DNA of 64,000 bases from Candidatus Omnitrophota bacterium (GCA_022709525.1 JAKLIQ010000007.1:49720-113719), one strand, 5' to 3'; counted from the stretch's first letter, positions 48,803-57,876 are shown. The notes: generated by a model from the sequence alone, not told the origin. Translations and numbers: made by a program.

Positions 48803-50106
48803 TCATTTCTCCGATAAAAAAATGCCGCGGTTGCGGTAATCCGGACCTTGTCCCCATTGGTAGTCTTGGGACGATGGCGTTTTCCGGCATTTTTCCAAAG
48901 AAGGACGAGGCTTTTGTCCCCGAAGGGCCCCTGGAACTTATGAAATGTCATGGGGACCCGGACCGAGTCTGCGGCCTTTTGCAGCTCAAACATTCCTTCG
49001 ATCCCCATATTCTTTTCGGCGAAAGCTATGGCTACCGATCAGGCCTCAATGGGTCCATGCGCGAGCATTTGCAGGATATCGCCCGCAAAATCAAAGGTTT
49101 TGTCACTCTTAAAGAAAAAGATGTTATCGTGGATATTGGCAGTAATGACGGGACGCTACTCAGTTTTTTTTCCGGAGAAAAACTTTCCTTATGGGGGGTT
49201 GATCCCACAGCCGGCCAATTCAAGAAGTACTATTCCGAAGATGTTCAAATCCTTCCGGAGTTATTTTCTGGGAAACTTATCAAGAAAAGTCTCGGGGTAA
49301 AAAAGGCGAAGGTGGTTACAGCGATCGCTGTCTTTTACGACCTTGACGCTCCGGCGGAATTCCTTAAGGAGGTTCGGGAGATTTTAAGTGATGACGGGGT
49401 CTGCGTCCTGGAGCAAAGCTATTTACCGTTGCTTCTCGAGAATCTTGCCTATGACACGATCTGTCATGAGCATATGGCCTACTATCGGCTCAAACAGATC
49501 CGGTGGCTGGCGGACCGGGTCGGTCTCAAGATCATCCACTGCGAGAAAAATCAGGTCAATGGCGGCAGTTTCTGCGTGGCGTTGGCGCAAAGAAACTCCG
49601 CATTTTCCGAAGATTCGGGAACCGTCAGTCAGTTTATCGAGGAGGAAAAGCGATTGTCGCTGGATACTTTATCTCCCTTTAAGAGTTTTTTTGACAATAT
49701 TTTTAAGCATCGTAAGGCCTTGCAGCGTACGGTCAAAACCCTGCGCGCTGACCGCAAGTGTGTTTTAGGATACGGGGCCTCGACCAAAGGCAACGTTTTG
49801 CTGCAGTTTTGCGGATTCACTCCCGAAGATATCCCGTTTGTGGCAGATGTTAACGAAGACAAATGGGGCCGGGTCTGTCCCGGGACCAAGATCCCGATCA
49901 TTTCCGAGGAAGAAGCCAGAAGTAAAAAACCGGATGTTTTTTTTGTCCTTCCTTGGCATTTTAAAGAAGGATTTTTGATAAAAGAAAAGAAATATCTCCG
50001 CGACGGCGGCGCATTCCTTTTTCCGCTCCCCAAAGTCGATCTTATCGGCTTAAAACAGATTGATTTTCCACCAATTTACAGCCCAGCCGCATCACTAGTC
50101 ACCTGA
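48799..50106 (+). CDS. NDP-hexose C-methyltransferase-like protein (TylC3/Methyltransf_13-14 architecture with N-terminal Zn-ribbon CRGCG)
   Basis: KKCRGCGNPDLVPIGSLG...VDIGSNDGTLL...CHEHMAYY...LGYGASTKGNVLLQF. Last gene of the + strand operon. Confidence 0.65.
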   Translation: MIISPIKKCRGCGNPDLVPIGSLGTMAFSGIFPKKDEAFVPEGPLELMKCHGDPDRVCGLLQLKHSFDPHILFGESYGYRSGLNGSMREHLQDIARKIKGFVTLKEKDVIVDIGSNDGTLLSFFSGEKLSLWGVDPTAGQFKKYYSEDVQILPELFSGKLIKKSLGVKKAKVVTAIAVFYDLDAPAEFLKEVREILSDDGVCVLEQSYLPLLLENLAYDTICHEHMAYYRLKQIRWLADRVGLKIIHCEKNQVNGGSFCVALAQRNSAFSEDSGTVSQFIEEEKRLSLDTLSPFKSFFDNIFKHRKALQRTVKTLRADRKCVLGYGASTKGNVLLQFCGFTPEDIPFVADVNEDKWGRVCPGTKIPIISEEEARSKKPDVFFVLPWHFKEGFLIKEKKYLRDGGAFLFPLPKVDLIGLKQIDFPPIYSPAASLVT

Positions 50107-50487
50107 GACGTTCCTGCTATACCTGAAGGGGGAGGCCAAGGCTGGATTCGCCTTCCAAAAGGGTCAAAAATCGATCAAAAATGGGCTTTTTAGCCATCCT
50201 GCCGGCCGGGATTTCTCTTTGGTCATTCTCGGGAAAAGCCGCTCTAATAGGCTCTTTTTAGGGCCGGTTTTGTAGAGAGAAAAGCGAACCCGAATCTCAC
50301 CAAGTTTTATCCAAACCGTATGAGAAAGCCGCACTTTAACCGGTGCTTTTTAGGATGGATTCCTTTAGCCTTAGCCAGAGAAATCCCTCTCTAGAGAGAA
50401 TAGATACGTCTTATAATGTATCTTATGTAAAGTAGTATAGAGGGAGAGCCGAGCCTGATTTAGAACGCTTTGGGGACGCGGAAAAGA

Positions 50488-50937
50488 CTATTTGAGAGCG
50501 GCTTTGACAGCTTCCTGGATGCGTTTGCCGTCGGCTTTTCCCTGAACGGCAGGCATCAGAACTTTCATGAGTTTTCCCATGTCAGCAGGGCCTTTGGCGC
50601 CGGACGCAGCGATCGCCTTTTGAACTTCAGTTTTCAACTCGTCGTCGGATAGCTGTTTCGGCAGATAAGCTTCAAGAATGGCAAGTTCAGCCTTTTCCTT
50701 ATCCGCCAGGTCTTTGCGGCCGCCTTTTTCGAAACTCTCCAGGCTTTCCCGCCGCTGTTTGGCCTGTTTGGCGATAATACCCAGGATATCGGCGTCGTCC
50801 GCCTTGTCCTTTTTCGTCTGGATTAGATAGTTCCCGAGGGCGCTTTTAAGCATCCGCAAGGTCGAGACCTTGACCGCATCTTTGGCCTTCATGGCGTCGA
50901 TAACATCTTTTTCGATCCGTTCTTGTAAGCTCATCAC
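50488..50937 (-). CDS. yqeY: GatB/YqeY domain protein
   Basis: MMSLQERIEKDVIDAMKAKDAVKVSTLRMLKSAL...AELAILEAYLPKQLSDDELKTEVQKAIAASGAKGPADMGKLMKVLMPAVQGKADGKRIQEAVKAAL. Confidence 0.9.
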   Translation of the reverse strand: MMSLQERIEKDVIDAMKAKDAVKVSTLRMLKSALGNYLIQTKKDKADDADILGIIAKQAKQRRESLESFEKGGRKDLADKEKAELAILEAYLPKQLSDDELKTEVQKAIAASGAKGPADMGKLMKVLMPAVQGKADGKRIQEAVKAALK

Positions 50938-51020
50938 TTAACTCCTTTGTGTGAAGGTGGTTTATAGTTTATAAAACAAGTTCCTGGGCTGTCAGTCTTC
51001 AGCTTTCAGTCATCAGCGAA

Positions 51021-51057
51021 CTGAAAACTGATAGCTGATAGCTGATTGCTGATAGCT
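51021..51057. repeat. tandem heptamer CTGAAAA-CTGATAG-CTGATAG-CTGATTG-CTGATAG in the yqeY upstream / batB-like downstream gap
   Basis: ctgaaaactgatagctgatagctgattgctgatagct. An adjacent short hairpin tttcagt...actgaaa is also present. Confidence 0.5.
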
Positions 51058-51062
51058 ATTAT

Positions 51063-53045
51063 TTACCAATCTTTTTCCACCGGCGGCGGGTTCTTGTTGA
51101 CGGGCGGCCGGCGAAGGTCTTGCAGTTCTTTTTCAGATTCCTTTAGGGCGTCCAGGAGGTTCAAGGCGTTATCCATGCTCATCTGGCCTTGGAGAGGCTG
51201 TTTCTGCTGGCCTTGGCGTTCTTCCGGCTCTTGAGGCTGTTTTTCCTGCTGTTCTTGTTGCTGTTGTTGCTCCTGTTCTTTTTCGCGCTGTTCCTGCTCA
51301 CGCTGTTCTTGTTCCTGCTGGCGGCGTTGTTGCTCTTCTTTTTCCCGCTGATCTTGTTCTTGCTGCTCCTGATCTTTTTGTTGCTGATCCTGCTGCTGAT
51401 CTTGCTGGTTCTGTTGTTCTTGATCCTGCTTTTGTTGATCTTGTTGTTGCTGGTTTTGCTGTTGCTGTTGATTTTGCTGCTGGTTCTGCTGCTGATCTTG
51501 TTGTTGGTCCTGTTGCTGATCTTGCTGCTGTTGTTGCTGATTCTGTTGTTGATTTTGCTGTTGCTGCTGTTGATCTTTTTTCTGGTCCTGTTTCTTTTGC
51601 TCCTGGTCTTTTTTTTCAAATTTATTTTTTTGTTTTTGCAGGAATTCCAAATTATATTTGGCGTCCTTATCGTTCGGGTCGATCTCTAGCGTTTTCTTAT
51701 AAGCTTCGATGGCTTTTTCGAAGTTTCCCAACCGGTACTGGGCATTGCCATAGTTATAGAGCGTTCTGGCTTTCAGCTGAGGGTCCTTGGTCTTCCCTGC
51801 CGCCGCCTCAAGATCCTGGGCAGCTTCCTGGAACGAATCGACCTTATAAAGCGCGGTCCCGAGGTCATAGAGCACCTCCGGGGCGTCCGGGTTTTTGACC
51901 TGGACCTTGCGGTAGGCCTCAAGCGCCGACTGGTAGCGTTTATTCGTGAAATGTTCGTTGCCTTTTTTGACCGTATCCTGCGAAGTTTCGAAAAACCCCG
52001 TAAAAAGGAAAAAAGCGGCGAGGCAGGCCATCATCGCCGGACTTTTCCGGTCCCGGCGGCGCACCAGCATTTCAGCTACAAGAAAAATAAGCGCGAGGAG
52101 CAGAAAGACCTGATACTGGTCTTCCCGCTCCACGATCATTTTTTCGGCGAATTGCTGCTCGCCCCAACCGCGGAGATGCTTAAGGATCACCTCGACCTCC
52201 TTTTCACCGGGCGTGGCGGGCAGATAGATGCCGCCTGTTTCCTTCGCGAGGCGCTCCAGGAGGGGCTTGTTGAGCTTGGTGAGCACCATCTGCCCTCTCC
52301 GGTCTTTCTTGAAGCCCGACCGCTCCCCTTTCTCGTTCTTCAGAGGGATGGGCTCCCCTTCCTCGGTTCCAAGGCCGATGCAATAGACCCTGACATTGGC
52401 TTTTTTGGCTTCCTCAATGGCCCTTTCGATACCGCCTTCATGATCCTCCCCGTCCGAGAAGACGATCAGGGCTTTGTATTTAAGCTCCTTTTGAGGAAAT
52501 GCCTGGATGGCCAGGTGCACGGCCTGGGAAAGCGATGTGCCGGGATCCGGGAGAAAGCCCACCTGAACGGCGTCGAGGAAAAGAAGGAATGCCGCGTGAT
52601 CGAGCGTAAGCGGGGTTTGTAGGAATCCGGAGCCCGCGAACGTGACCATGCCGATACGGTCGCCCTTGAGATTGCGGACAAAGGTCTCGATCTCGAATTT
52701 GGCTTTTTCGACCCGGTTCGGCTTGATATCCTCGGCGAGCATGCTGAGCGATGTGTCGACTAAGAAGATGATGTCGACTCCCTTGCGCTGCACATTTCTT
52801 TTTTCATCGCCCCATTGCGGCCGCGCCAGCGCGAGCACCAGAAAAAAAACCGCGAGCGTCATCAGGATCGCGCGAAGCAGCCACTCGCCTTTCCGGTGTC
52901 CTTCGACAAGTTTTTGAAGAAGCCCCTCGTCCTGGACGAGCCGTTTTACCCGTTTCTGCCAGAGCTTGTGCGAAAGGATATAAAGCCCCAGCGCCGTCGG
53001 CACCATCCAAAGGTAAAAGAAATATTCAGGCTTAAAGAATTGCAT
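51063..53045 (-). CDS. BatB/BatC-like protein: N-terminal TM helices + von Willebrand A domain + TPR repeats + C-terminal poly-Q/N/D/E low-complexity tail
   Basis: VDIIFLVDTSLSMLAEDIKPNRVEKAKFEI...MVTFAGSGF...IVFSDGEDHEGG (vWA MIDAS). TPR-like repeat AYRKVQVKNPDAPEVLYDLGTALYKVDSFQEAAQDLE...YNYGNAQYRLGNFEKAIEAYKKTLEIDPNDKDAKYNL. Confidence 0.85.
   Translation of the reverse strand: MQFFKPEYFFYLWMVPTALGLYILSHKLWQKRVKRLVQDEGLLQKLVEGHRKGEWLLRAILMTLAVFFLVLALARPQWGDEKRNVQRKGVDIIFLVDTSLSMLAEDIKPNRVEKAKFEIETFVRNLKGDRIGMVTFAGSGFLQTPLTLDHAAFLLFLDAVQVGFLPDPGTSLSQAVHLAIQAFPQKELKYKALIVFSDGEDHEGGIERAIEEAKKANVRVYCIGLGTEEGEPIPLKNEKGERSGFKKDRRGQMVLTKLNKPLLERLAKETGGIYLPATPGEKEVEVILKHLRGWGEQQFAEKMIVEREDQYQVFLLLALIFLVAEMLVRRRDRKSPAMMACLAAFFLFTGFFETSQDTVKKGNEHFTNKRYQSALEAYRKVQVKNPDAPEVLYDLGTALYKVDSFQEAAQDLEAAAGKTKDPQLKARTLYNYGNAQYRLGNFEKAIEAYKKTLEIDPNDKDAKYNLEFLQKQKNKFEKKDQEQKKQDQKKDQQQQQQNQQQNQQQQQQDQQQDQQQDQQQNQQQNQQQQQNQQQQDQQKQDQEQQNQQDQQQDQQQKDQEQQEQDQREKEEQQRRQQEQEQREQEQREKEQEQQQQQEQQEKQPQEPEERQGQQKQPLQGQMSMDNALNLLDALKESEKELQDLRRPPVNKNPPPVEKDW
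51180..51620 (-). repeat. CAG/CAA-rich coding repeat encoding a ~140-aa Q/N/D/E-rich tail (QQQQQQNQQQNQQQQQQDQQQDQQQ...)
   Basis: The plus strand shows ctgctgttgctg... runs. This also creates the spurious poly-Leu ORF 51189..51689 +. Confidence 0.8.
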
Positions 53046-54025
53046 CAGGGAACTTTCATGAGTAGGGTTCGCCGCAAAAAGATATCAAAAAGAAGCAGAA
53101 AAAGCGCCGGGATAAGGAATACCGGGAAAAGTTCGTTGTAGCTCCGGTACTCCTTGACCTTCACTTCGCTTTTTTCAAGTTTGTTGATCCGTTCGTAGAT
53201 CTCCGAAAGTCCTGCCGGGTCGCGCGCCCGGAAAAAAAGCCCGCCGGTGATGTCGGCGATGCGCTTCAGGGTCGTTTCATCGATCTCCACATTGGCCTGG
53301 ACATAACGTTTTCCGAAAAGCGGGTCATCGACGGGGAAGGGCACCATCCCTCCCCTTCCGACCCCAATCGTGTAGACCTTGATGCCAAAGCTTTTGGCGA
53401 GCTCGGCCGCCGTGACGGGGTCGATATTGCCGGCGTTATTCTCCCCGTCCGTGATCAGGATAATGACTTTGCTTTTGGCGTTGCTGTCCCGGAGGCGGTT
53501 CACGGCGGTCGCGATCCCCATGCCGATCGCCGTCCCGTCGGCGATCATCCCGACCCGGATCTCGGAAAGGAGTTCGATCAGGATCCGGTAATCAAGCGTG
53601 AGCGGGCATTGCGTGAAGGCTTTTTTGGCGAAGACCACAAGCCCGATCCGGTCATTTTCGCGGCCTTTGATGAATTTGATGGCCTCCTGCTTGGCGACGA
53701 AGATACGGTTTTCCGGCTGGAAGTCCTCGGCCAGCATCGAACCCGAGATATCCAGTGCGATCACGATATCCACGCCGTGCGTCTGGTATTCCTTATCGCT
53801 TGCGACACTGGAAGGACGGGCCAGCGCCGCGATCAAAAGCGTGAAGATCAGAACCCGCAATATGGGCAGAAGCTTGAAAAGGAACATCCGTGGAGTTGCG
53901 GGATGGTCTTTCAGGAGTTCAAAGGAAGAGAAGGCGAATTCGAGCTTTTCGCGCCGTTTTGCCCACATGAAAACGAGCGGGATCAGGAAAAGAAGGAGGA
54001 AGAACGCCGGGTTTCTAAACACCAT
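53045..54025 (-). CDS. BatA-like vWA-domain membrane protein
   Basis: Two N-terminal TM helices, then VDIVIALDISGSMLAEDFQPENRIFVAKQEAI...VVFAKKAFTQCPLTLD...ILITDGENNAG. 326 aa. Overlaps neighbouring genes on both sides. Confidence 0.85.
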   Translation of the reverse strand: MVFRNPAFFLLLFLIPLVFMWAKRREKLEFAFSSFELLKDHPATPRMFLFKLLPILRVLIFTLLIAALARPSSVASDKEYQTHGVDIVIALDISGSMLAEDFQPENRIFVAKQEAIKFIKGRENDRIGLVVFAKKAFTQCPLTLDYRILIELLSEIRVGMIADGTAIGMGIATAVNRLRDSNAKSKVIILITDGENNAGNIDPVTAAELAKSFGIKVYTIGVGRGGMVPFPVDDPLFGKRYVQANVEIDETTLKRIADITGGLFFRARDPAGLSEIYERINKLEKSEVKVKEYRSYNELFPVFLIPALFLLLFDIFLRRTLLMKVP

Positions 54026-54965
54026 CGGACGCCTCCTTTACGGCGGCAGGTTCCGGCGCTGGCGCGGATTCCTTGACGATCTCTTCAGCTTTTTTGTTGA
54101 TCTGGAGCGTTTCTGCCGCCGGCGGGATCCATTTCGCGAATTTCGCAAGATCGGAGGATTCAAGGACGTACTGGATCTTCTGGAAAAGTTCGGTTCCGAG
54201 ATGTTGCGGCTTAAGGGCGCGCAGGATCTCCATCGTGGTCGATTCCACGGCGAGGATCCCGTAGCGTTTCTCGAAATAAACCCGGAGGATCTCGGAAAGC
54301 CGCAGAAAATACATTTTGGCGAGGCCGCGCTTTAAAAGATCGGATTCAAATAATTCGGTCAGGTGAAGCATGGCCTCTTCTTCGGGGGTCAGCGGCGGCG
54401 CAGGAGGCGCTGCCAGCGCTTTTTTCTTCAAGAGGAAGCGATAAAGGAAATAACCACCCGTGAGAAACGCAAGGATCAGCAAGGTCCAGAGGAGTTTTCC
54501 GAGGCGCAGTTTGAACGGGACAACGGATTTGACGTCACGGATATCTTCCTTCGGATCCCCTTCCGCGACGCTTTTGACCGTCAAATAAAGCTTATTAGTC
54601 TGGATGCTTTTGGGAGGTTGGTTGTCCTTACGGTACTGGATCGTCACCGGATCAAGGATGAATTCTCCGAGGCGGTAGGTCGTCAGGATGAATTTACGGC
54701 CGGTCATGATCTTTTTCTTTTGTTTTTTCCGGATATCCTCGATCTTTTTGATCTCAAGAATGTCGGAATCCGGCGCCGGGATCGTCGAAAGGATCTGAAT
54801 GTCGGGGGCATGTTCGGCGGTCACCGTATAAGTCACGGGATCCCCGATCGTGAGGAACGCCTTATCCACTTCGGCTTTGACGCGGATATCGTCGGTCTCG
54901 GCCGCAAAAGATGATCCCGCCAGAAAAAAAAGCATGAGTAGCGCAAAACAAAAGGCCCGCTTCAT
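54015..54965 (-). CDS. hypothetical signal-peptide/single-TM protein of the MoxR-vWA (Bat) operon
   Basis: MKRAFCFALLMLFFLAGSSFA signal peptide; internal TM LLWTLLILAFLTGGYFLYRFLL. Same overall architecture as the 56957..57814 product. Confidence 0.6.
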   Translation of the reverse strand: MKRAFCFALLMLFFLAGSSFAAETDDIRVKAEVDKAFLTIGDPVTYTVTAEHAPDIQILSTIPAPDSDILEIKKIEDIRKKQKKKIMTGRKFILTTYRLGEFILDPVTIQYRKDNQPPKSIQTNKLYLTVKSVAEGDPKEDIRDVKSVVPFKLRLGKLLWTLLILAFLTGGYFLYRFLLKKKALAAPPAPPLTPEEEAMLHLTELFESDLLKRGLAKMYFLRLSEILRVYFEKRYGILAVESTTMEILRALKPQHLGTELFQKIQYVLESSDLAKFAKWIPPAAETLQINKKAEEIVKESAPAPEPAAVKEASDGV

Positions 54966-55834
54966 TTCCGCTCCCTGCTTTTGAAGAATTTGAAAAGAGG
55001 TTCGATGTAGGAGGCATTCGCCGGGATATCGATCCGGTCGATCTGGAGCCTTTTGAAGAGTTTTTCAAGGGCTTCTTGTTTTTCCTCGGCGGTTCTCCGG
55101 AATTTTTTTTGGAATTGGGAAGAGGCCGTGTCGACGAGTACCGTTTTGCCGGTTTCACGGTCGACAAGTTCCACAAGGCCCACTTTCGGGAATTCCTGTT
55201 CCAGCGGGTCATGAAGATGGACCGCGATCACGTCGTGCTTACGGCTCAGGATCTTAAGCGCCTTTTCATAGCCTTCATCCATAAAATCCGAAATAAGGAA
55301 GATGACCGAGGTGCGAGATTGGACCCGGTAAAGATATTCAAAGGCGCCGGTCAGTTGAGTTCCTTTTTTCCGGGGTTTGTAGCCAAGGATTTCGCGGATG
55401 ACGCGAAGCGCATGGTTCCTTCCCTTTTTTACGGGGATGAATTTTTCGACTTCATCGGTCACGATCAAGAGGCCCGTTTTGTCATTATTTTTGACGGCGG
55501 AAAAGGCGAGGATGGCCGTGATCTCGGCGGCGATCTCGGATTTGAGTTTGTCGGTGGATCCGAAATATTGGGAGCCCGACATGTCGACGGCGAAAATTAC
55601 CGTGAGTTCGCGCGTTTCGACGAATTTTTTGACGAACGGGTGAAGCGACCGGGCGGTCACGTTCCAGTCGATCGTTCGGATATCGTCGCCGGGCACATAT
55701 TCCCGGACGTCGGCGAACTCGATCCCCTGCCCTTTGAAGACCGATTCATACTCCCCGCCGAAGAGGTCGTTAACGAGACGGGTCGTGTGGATCTCGATCT
55801 TTCGGACTTTTTTAAGAAGGGCCGCGGGGATCAT
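54962..55834 (-). CDS. DUF58-domain protein (MoxR partner)
   Basis: FADVREYVPGDDIRTIDWNVTARSLHPFVKKF...VIFAVDMSGSQYFGS. Characteristic DUF58 motifs. Confidence 0.85.
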   Translation of the reverse strand: MIPAALLKKVRKIEIHTTRLVNDLFGGEYESVFKGQGIEFADVREYVPGDDIRTIDWNVTARSLHPFVKKFVETRELTVIFAVDMSGSQYFGSTDKLKSEIAAEITAILAFSAVKNNDKTGLLIVTDEVEKFIPVKKGRNHALRVIREILGYKPRKKGTQLTGAFEYLYRVQSRTSVIFLISDFMDEGYEKALKILSRKHDVIAVHLHDPLEQEFPKVGLVELVDRETGKTVLVDTASSQFQKKFRRTAEEKQEALEKLFKRLQIDRIDIPANASYIEPLFKFFKSRERK

Positions 55835-55946
55835 AGAGCTCGCCCCGTTAGAAGTTTAACCCTATCACAAAAAATCATAGAACGATATTTTCCCGGAAAT
55901 GGTTGGATATGTGTTCCCGCCATATTTTTTTGAACTTCTAACGGGG

Positions 55947-56936
55947 TTAAGGCACTTCGACCTGGTCAAAGATCTTTTTGACGATGTCTTCGGATGTGAT
56001 GTCTTCGGCTTCCGCTTCGTAGGTGACAAGGACGCGATGACGCAAGACATCCGCGCCGATCTGCTTGATGTCGTCGGGGGTCACATAGCCGCGGCCTTGA
56101 AGGAACGCGTGGGCTTTCCCGGCAAGCGTCAGCATGATGCTCGCGCGCGGCGATGCGCCGTAAGAAATAAGCGGTTTCAGGTCTCCGAGCTTGTAATCCT
56201 GGGGGGCTCGGGTCGCGAAGACGAGGTCGAGGATATAATCCTTCACTTTTTCGTCGATATAGATCTCGTGCATCAGCTGGCGGAGCGCCATGATCCGGTC
56301 GATCGAAAGTACGGGATTGACCTTGATGGCCTTGCCGATCGCCATGCGCTCGAGGATCTCTTTTTCTTCTTTTTTGCTGGGATAACTGATCACAAGTTTT
56401 AACATGAAACGGTCGACCTGAGCTTCCGGCAGCGGGTAAGTCCCCTCCTGTTCGATCGGGTTTTGCGTTGCGAGGACAAGAAAAGGAACCGGCAGCGGGA
56501 AAGTTTCGCTTCCGATCGTGACCTGGCGTTCTTGCATGGCTTCCAGGAGCGCGCTTTGGACCTTGGAAGGCGCCCGGTTGATCTCGTCCGCCAGGATGAT
56601 ATTCGAGAAAATGGGGCCTTTTTTGGTCGTAAAATGGCCATCCTTAGGGTTATAGACGAGCGTCCCAACCACATCGGCCGGCAGAAGATCGGGGGTAAAC
56701 TGGATGCGCTGGAATTGAGCCGAGATCGCCTGAGAAAGCGTCCTGACCGAAAGGGTCTTGGCGAGTCCGGGAACGCCTTCGATCAGGATATGGCCGTCCG
56801 CTAAAAGAGCGATTAAAAGACGGTCTACGAGATACTGCTGGCCGACGATAACCTTCCCGATCTCGCGGGTAAGGTCTTTCAGGGATGAGTTGGCGTCACG
56901 GACCTTGGCGTTCACTTCCTGGATCGAATTATCCAT
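55947..56936 (-). CDS. MoxR-family AAA+ ATPase
   Basis: VIVGQQYLVDRLLIALLADGHILIEGVPGLAKTLSVRTLSQAI...FQRIQFTPDLLPADVVG...PIFSNIILADEINRAPSKVQSALLEAMQE. Confidence 0.92.
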   Translation of the reverse strand: MDNSIQEVNAKVRDANSSLKDLTREIGKVIVGQQYLVDRLLIALLADGHILIEGVPGLAKTLSVRTLSQAISAQFQRIQFTPDLLPADVVGTLVYNPKDGHFTTKKGPIFSNIILADEINRAPSKVQSALLEAMQERQVTIGSETFPLPVPFLVLATQNPIEQEGTYPLPEAQVDRFMLKLVISYPSKKEEKEILERMAIGKAIKVNPVLSIDRIMALRQLMHEIYIDEKVKDYILDLVFATRAPQDYKLGDLKPLISYGASPRASIMLTLAGKAHAFLQGRGYVTPDDIKQIGADVLRHRVLVTYEAEAEDITSEDIVKKIFDQVEVP

Positions 56937-56956
56937 AGAGTTCTCCTTTTTAGTGA

Positions 56957-57814
56957 TTAAGAGTTCGAATTTCCAATGATAATCTTGCCCTTTATATATT
57001 GCAAGAGCGTCTTTTGCACCCGGTCAAGCTCATAGGCGGGAATATCCTGCCTTGAGAACTGCATCTCGGAAAGCCGATTTAAAATACCAGAGATCTCGTT
57101 CCACTCCCCCGTTTGAAGCCCCTTGGTTTTAAGGAATGAGAGCAATGCGGCGCTATCGGTCTTTTCCCGGGGCGCGTCATAGTAAGCCGCGACAACTTTT
57201 TGGAATTGATGGGACCAGTGCGTAAGCTTTTCTTTAGGGTCCGGAGAAGCGAAAGTCGTAATCGCTTCCTCCGCCTTGGCGTAAAGATGCTGTTTTGGGT
57301 CGGGCGGAGCAATTTTCTTGGCGTCCCGGCAGGATCTCAACGCTTGCCATGCCTTGAATCCCCCCGCAGTAAGTGCCGAAAGGCCGGCAAGGATCGCGAT
57401 CGCGAAAAGGGCTATCTTAACGGGGATATTCGATCTTACTTCAATATCTTGTTCGGGAACTAAAAGAGGCGTCCACGGTTCGGTCTCGGAACGTCGGTAA
57501 TTTATCTCGAAAGGATAAATAACAGCAGCGCCTTCTTTGACCGGGCGGAATTCATAAATGATCGTGTGAGAGATCGAGGCGCCTGTTTCCTGGGATTGGT
57601 TTTGCTTCTCAAGGGTCAGGTTCTCAAGCTTAGGCTCCAAGGAGTTGATCTCATAAGGCCCATCCGTTTGAGGCCATTCCAGGCAGATCTTCAGAACCGC
57701 AGTTTGATCTTTGGAGATCTTTTTAGCAGGCGGTTCGATCTTTAGCTGAGGTTCTGCGAAAACCAGAGGCGCGAAGATCCCGAGCGCTAAAAATCCAAAA
57801 AAGAATTTACGCAC
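56957..57814 (-). CDS. hypothetical signal-peptide/single-TM protein (first gene of MoxR/Bat operon; GTG start with GGAGG RBS)
   Basis: MRKFFFGFLALGIFAPLVFA signal peptide; TM IALFAIAILAGLSALTAGGF. RBS attagcGGAGGtttccGTG. Confidence 0.6.
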   Translation of the reverse strand: MRKFFFGFLALGIFAPLVFAEPQLKIEPPAKKISKDQTAVLKICLEWPQTDGPYEINSLEPKLENLTLEKQNQSQETGASISHTIIYEFRPVKEGAAVIYPFEINYRRSETEPWTPLLVPEQDIEVRSNIPVKIALFAIAILAGLSALTAGGFKAWQALRSCRDAKKIAPPDPKQHLYAKAEEAITTFASPDPKEKLTHWSHQFQKVVAAYYDAPREKTDSAALLSFLKTKGLQTGEWNEISGILNRLSEMQFSRQDIPAYELDRVQKTLLQYIKGKIIIGNSNS

Positions 57815-57827
57815 GGAAACCTCCGCT

Positions 57828-57876
57828 AATAAAACGCAGAACGGGAAGCCGGATTTCCGGTTTTTCCCGTTCTGCG
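57828..57876 (-). terminator. rho-independent terminator of dnaK (13-bp perfect stem CGCAGAACGGGAA / TTCCCGTTCTGCG followed by TTTTATT on the minus strand)
   Basis: Plus strand aataaaa-cgcagaacgggaa-gccggatttccggttt-ttcccgttctgcg. Lies 18 nt after the dnaK stop. Confidence 0.7.

Noticed and set aside
51189-51689. 166-aa poly-Leu + strand ORF, and 51179..51619 minus-strand Ser/Asn/Lys-rich ORF
   Set aside because: Alternate-frame or antisense readings of the CAG/CAA repeat that encodes the poly-Q tail of the BatB-like gene.
53598-55933. Plus-strand ORFs of 155-285 aa (53598..54335, 53609..54076, 54363..54914, 55076..55933) across the Bat/DUF58 genes
   Set aside because: Antisense to well-supported minus-strand genes (vWA MIDAS motifs, DUF58 motif). 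No domains of their own.
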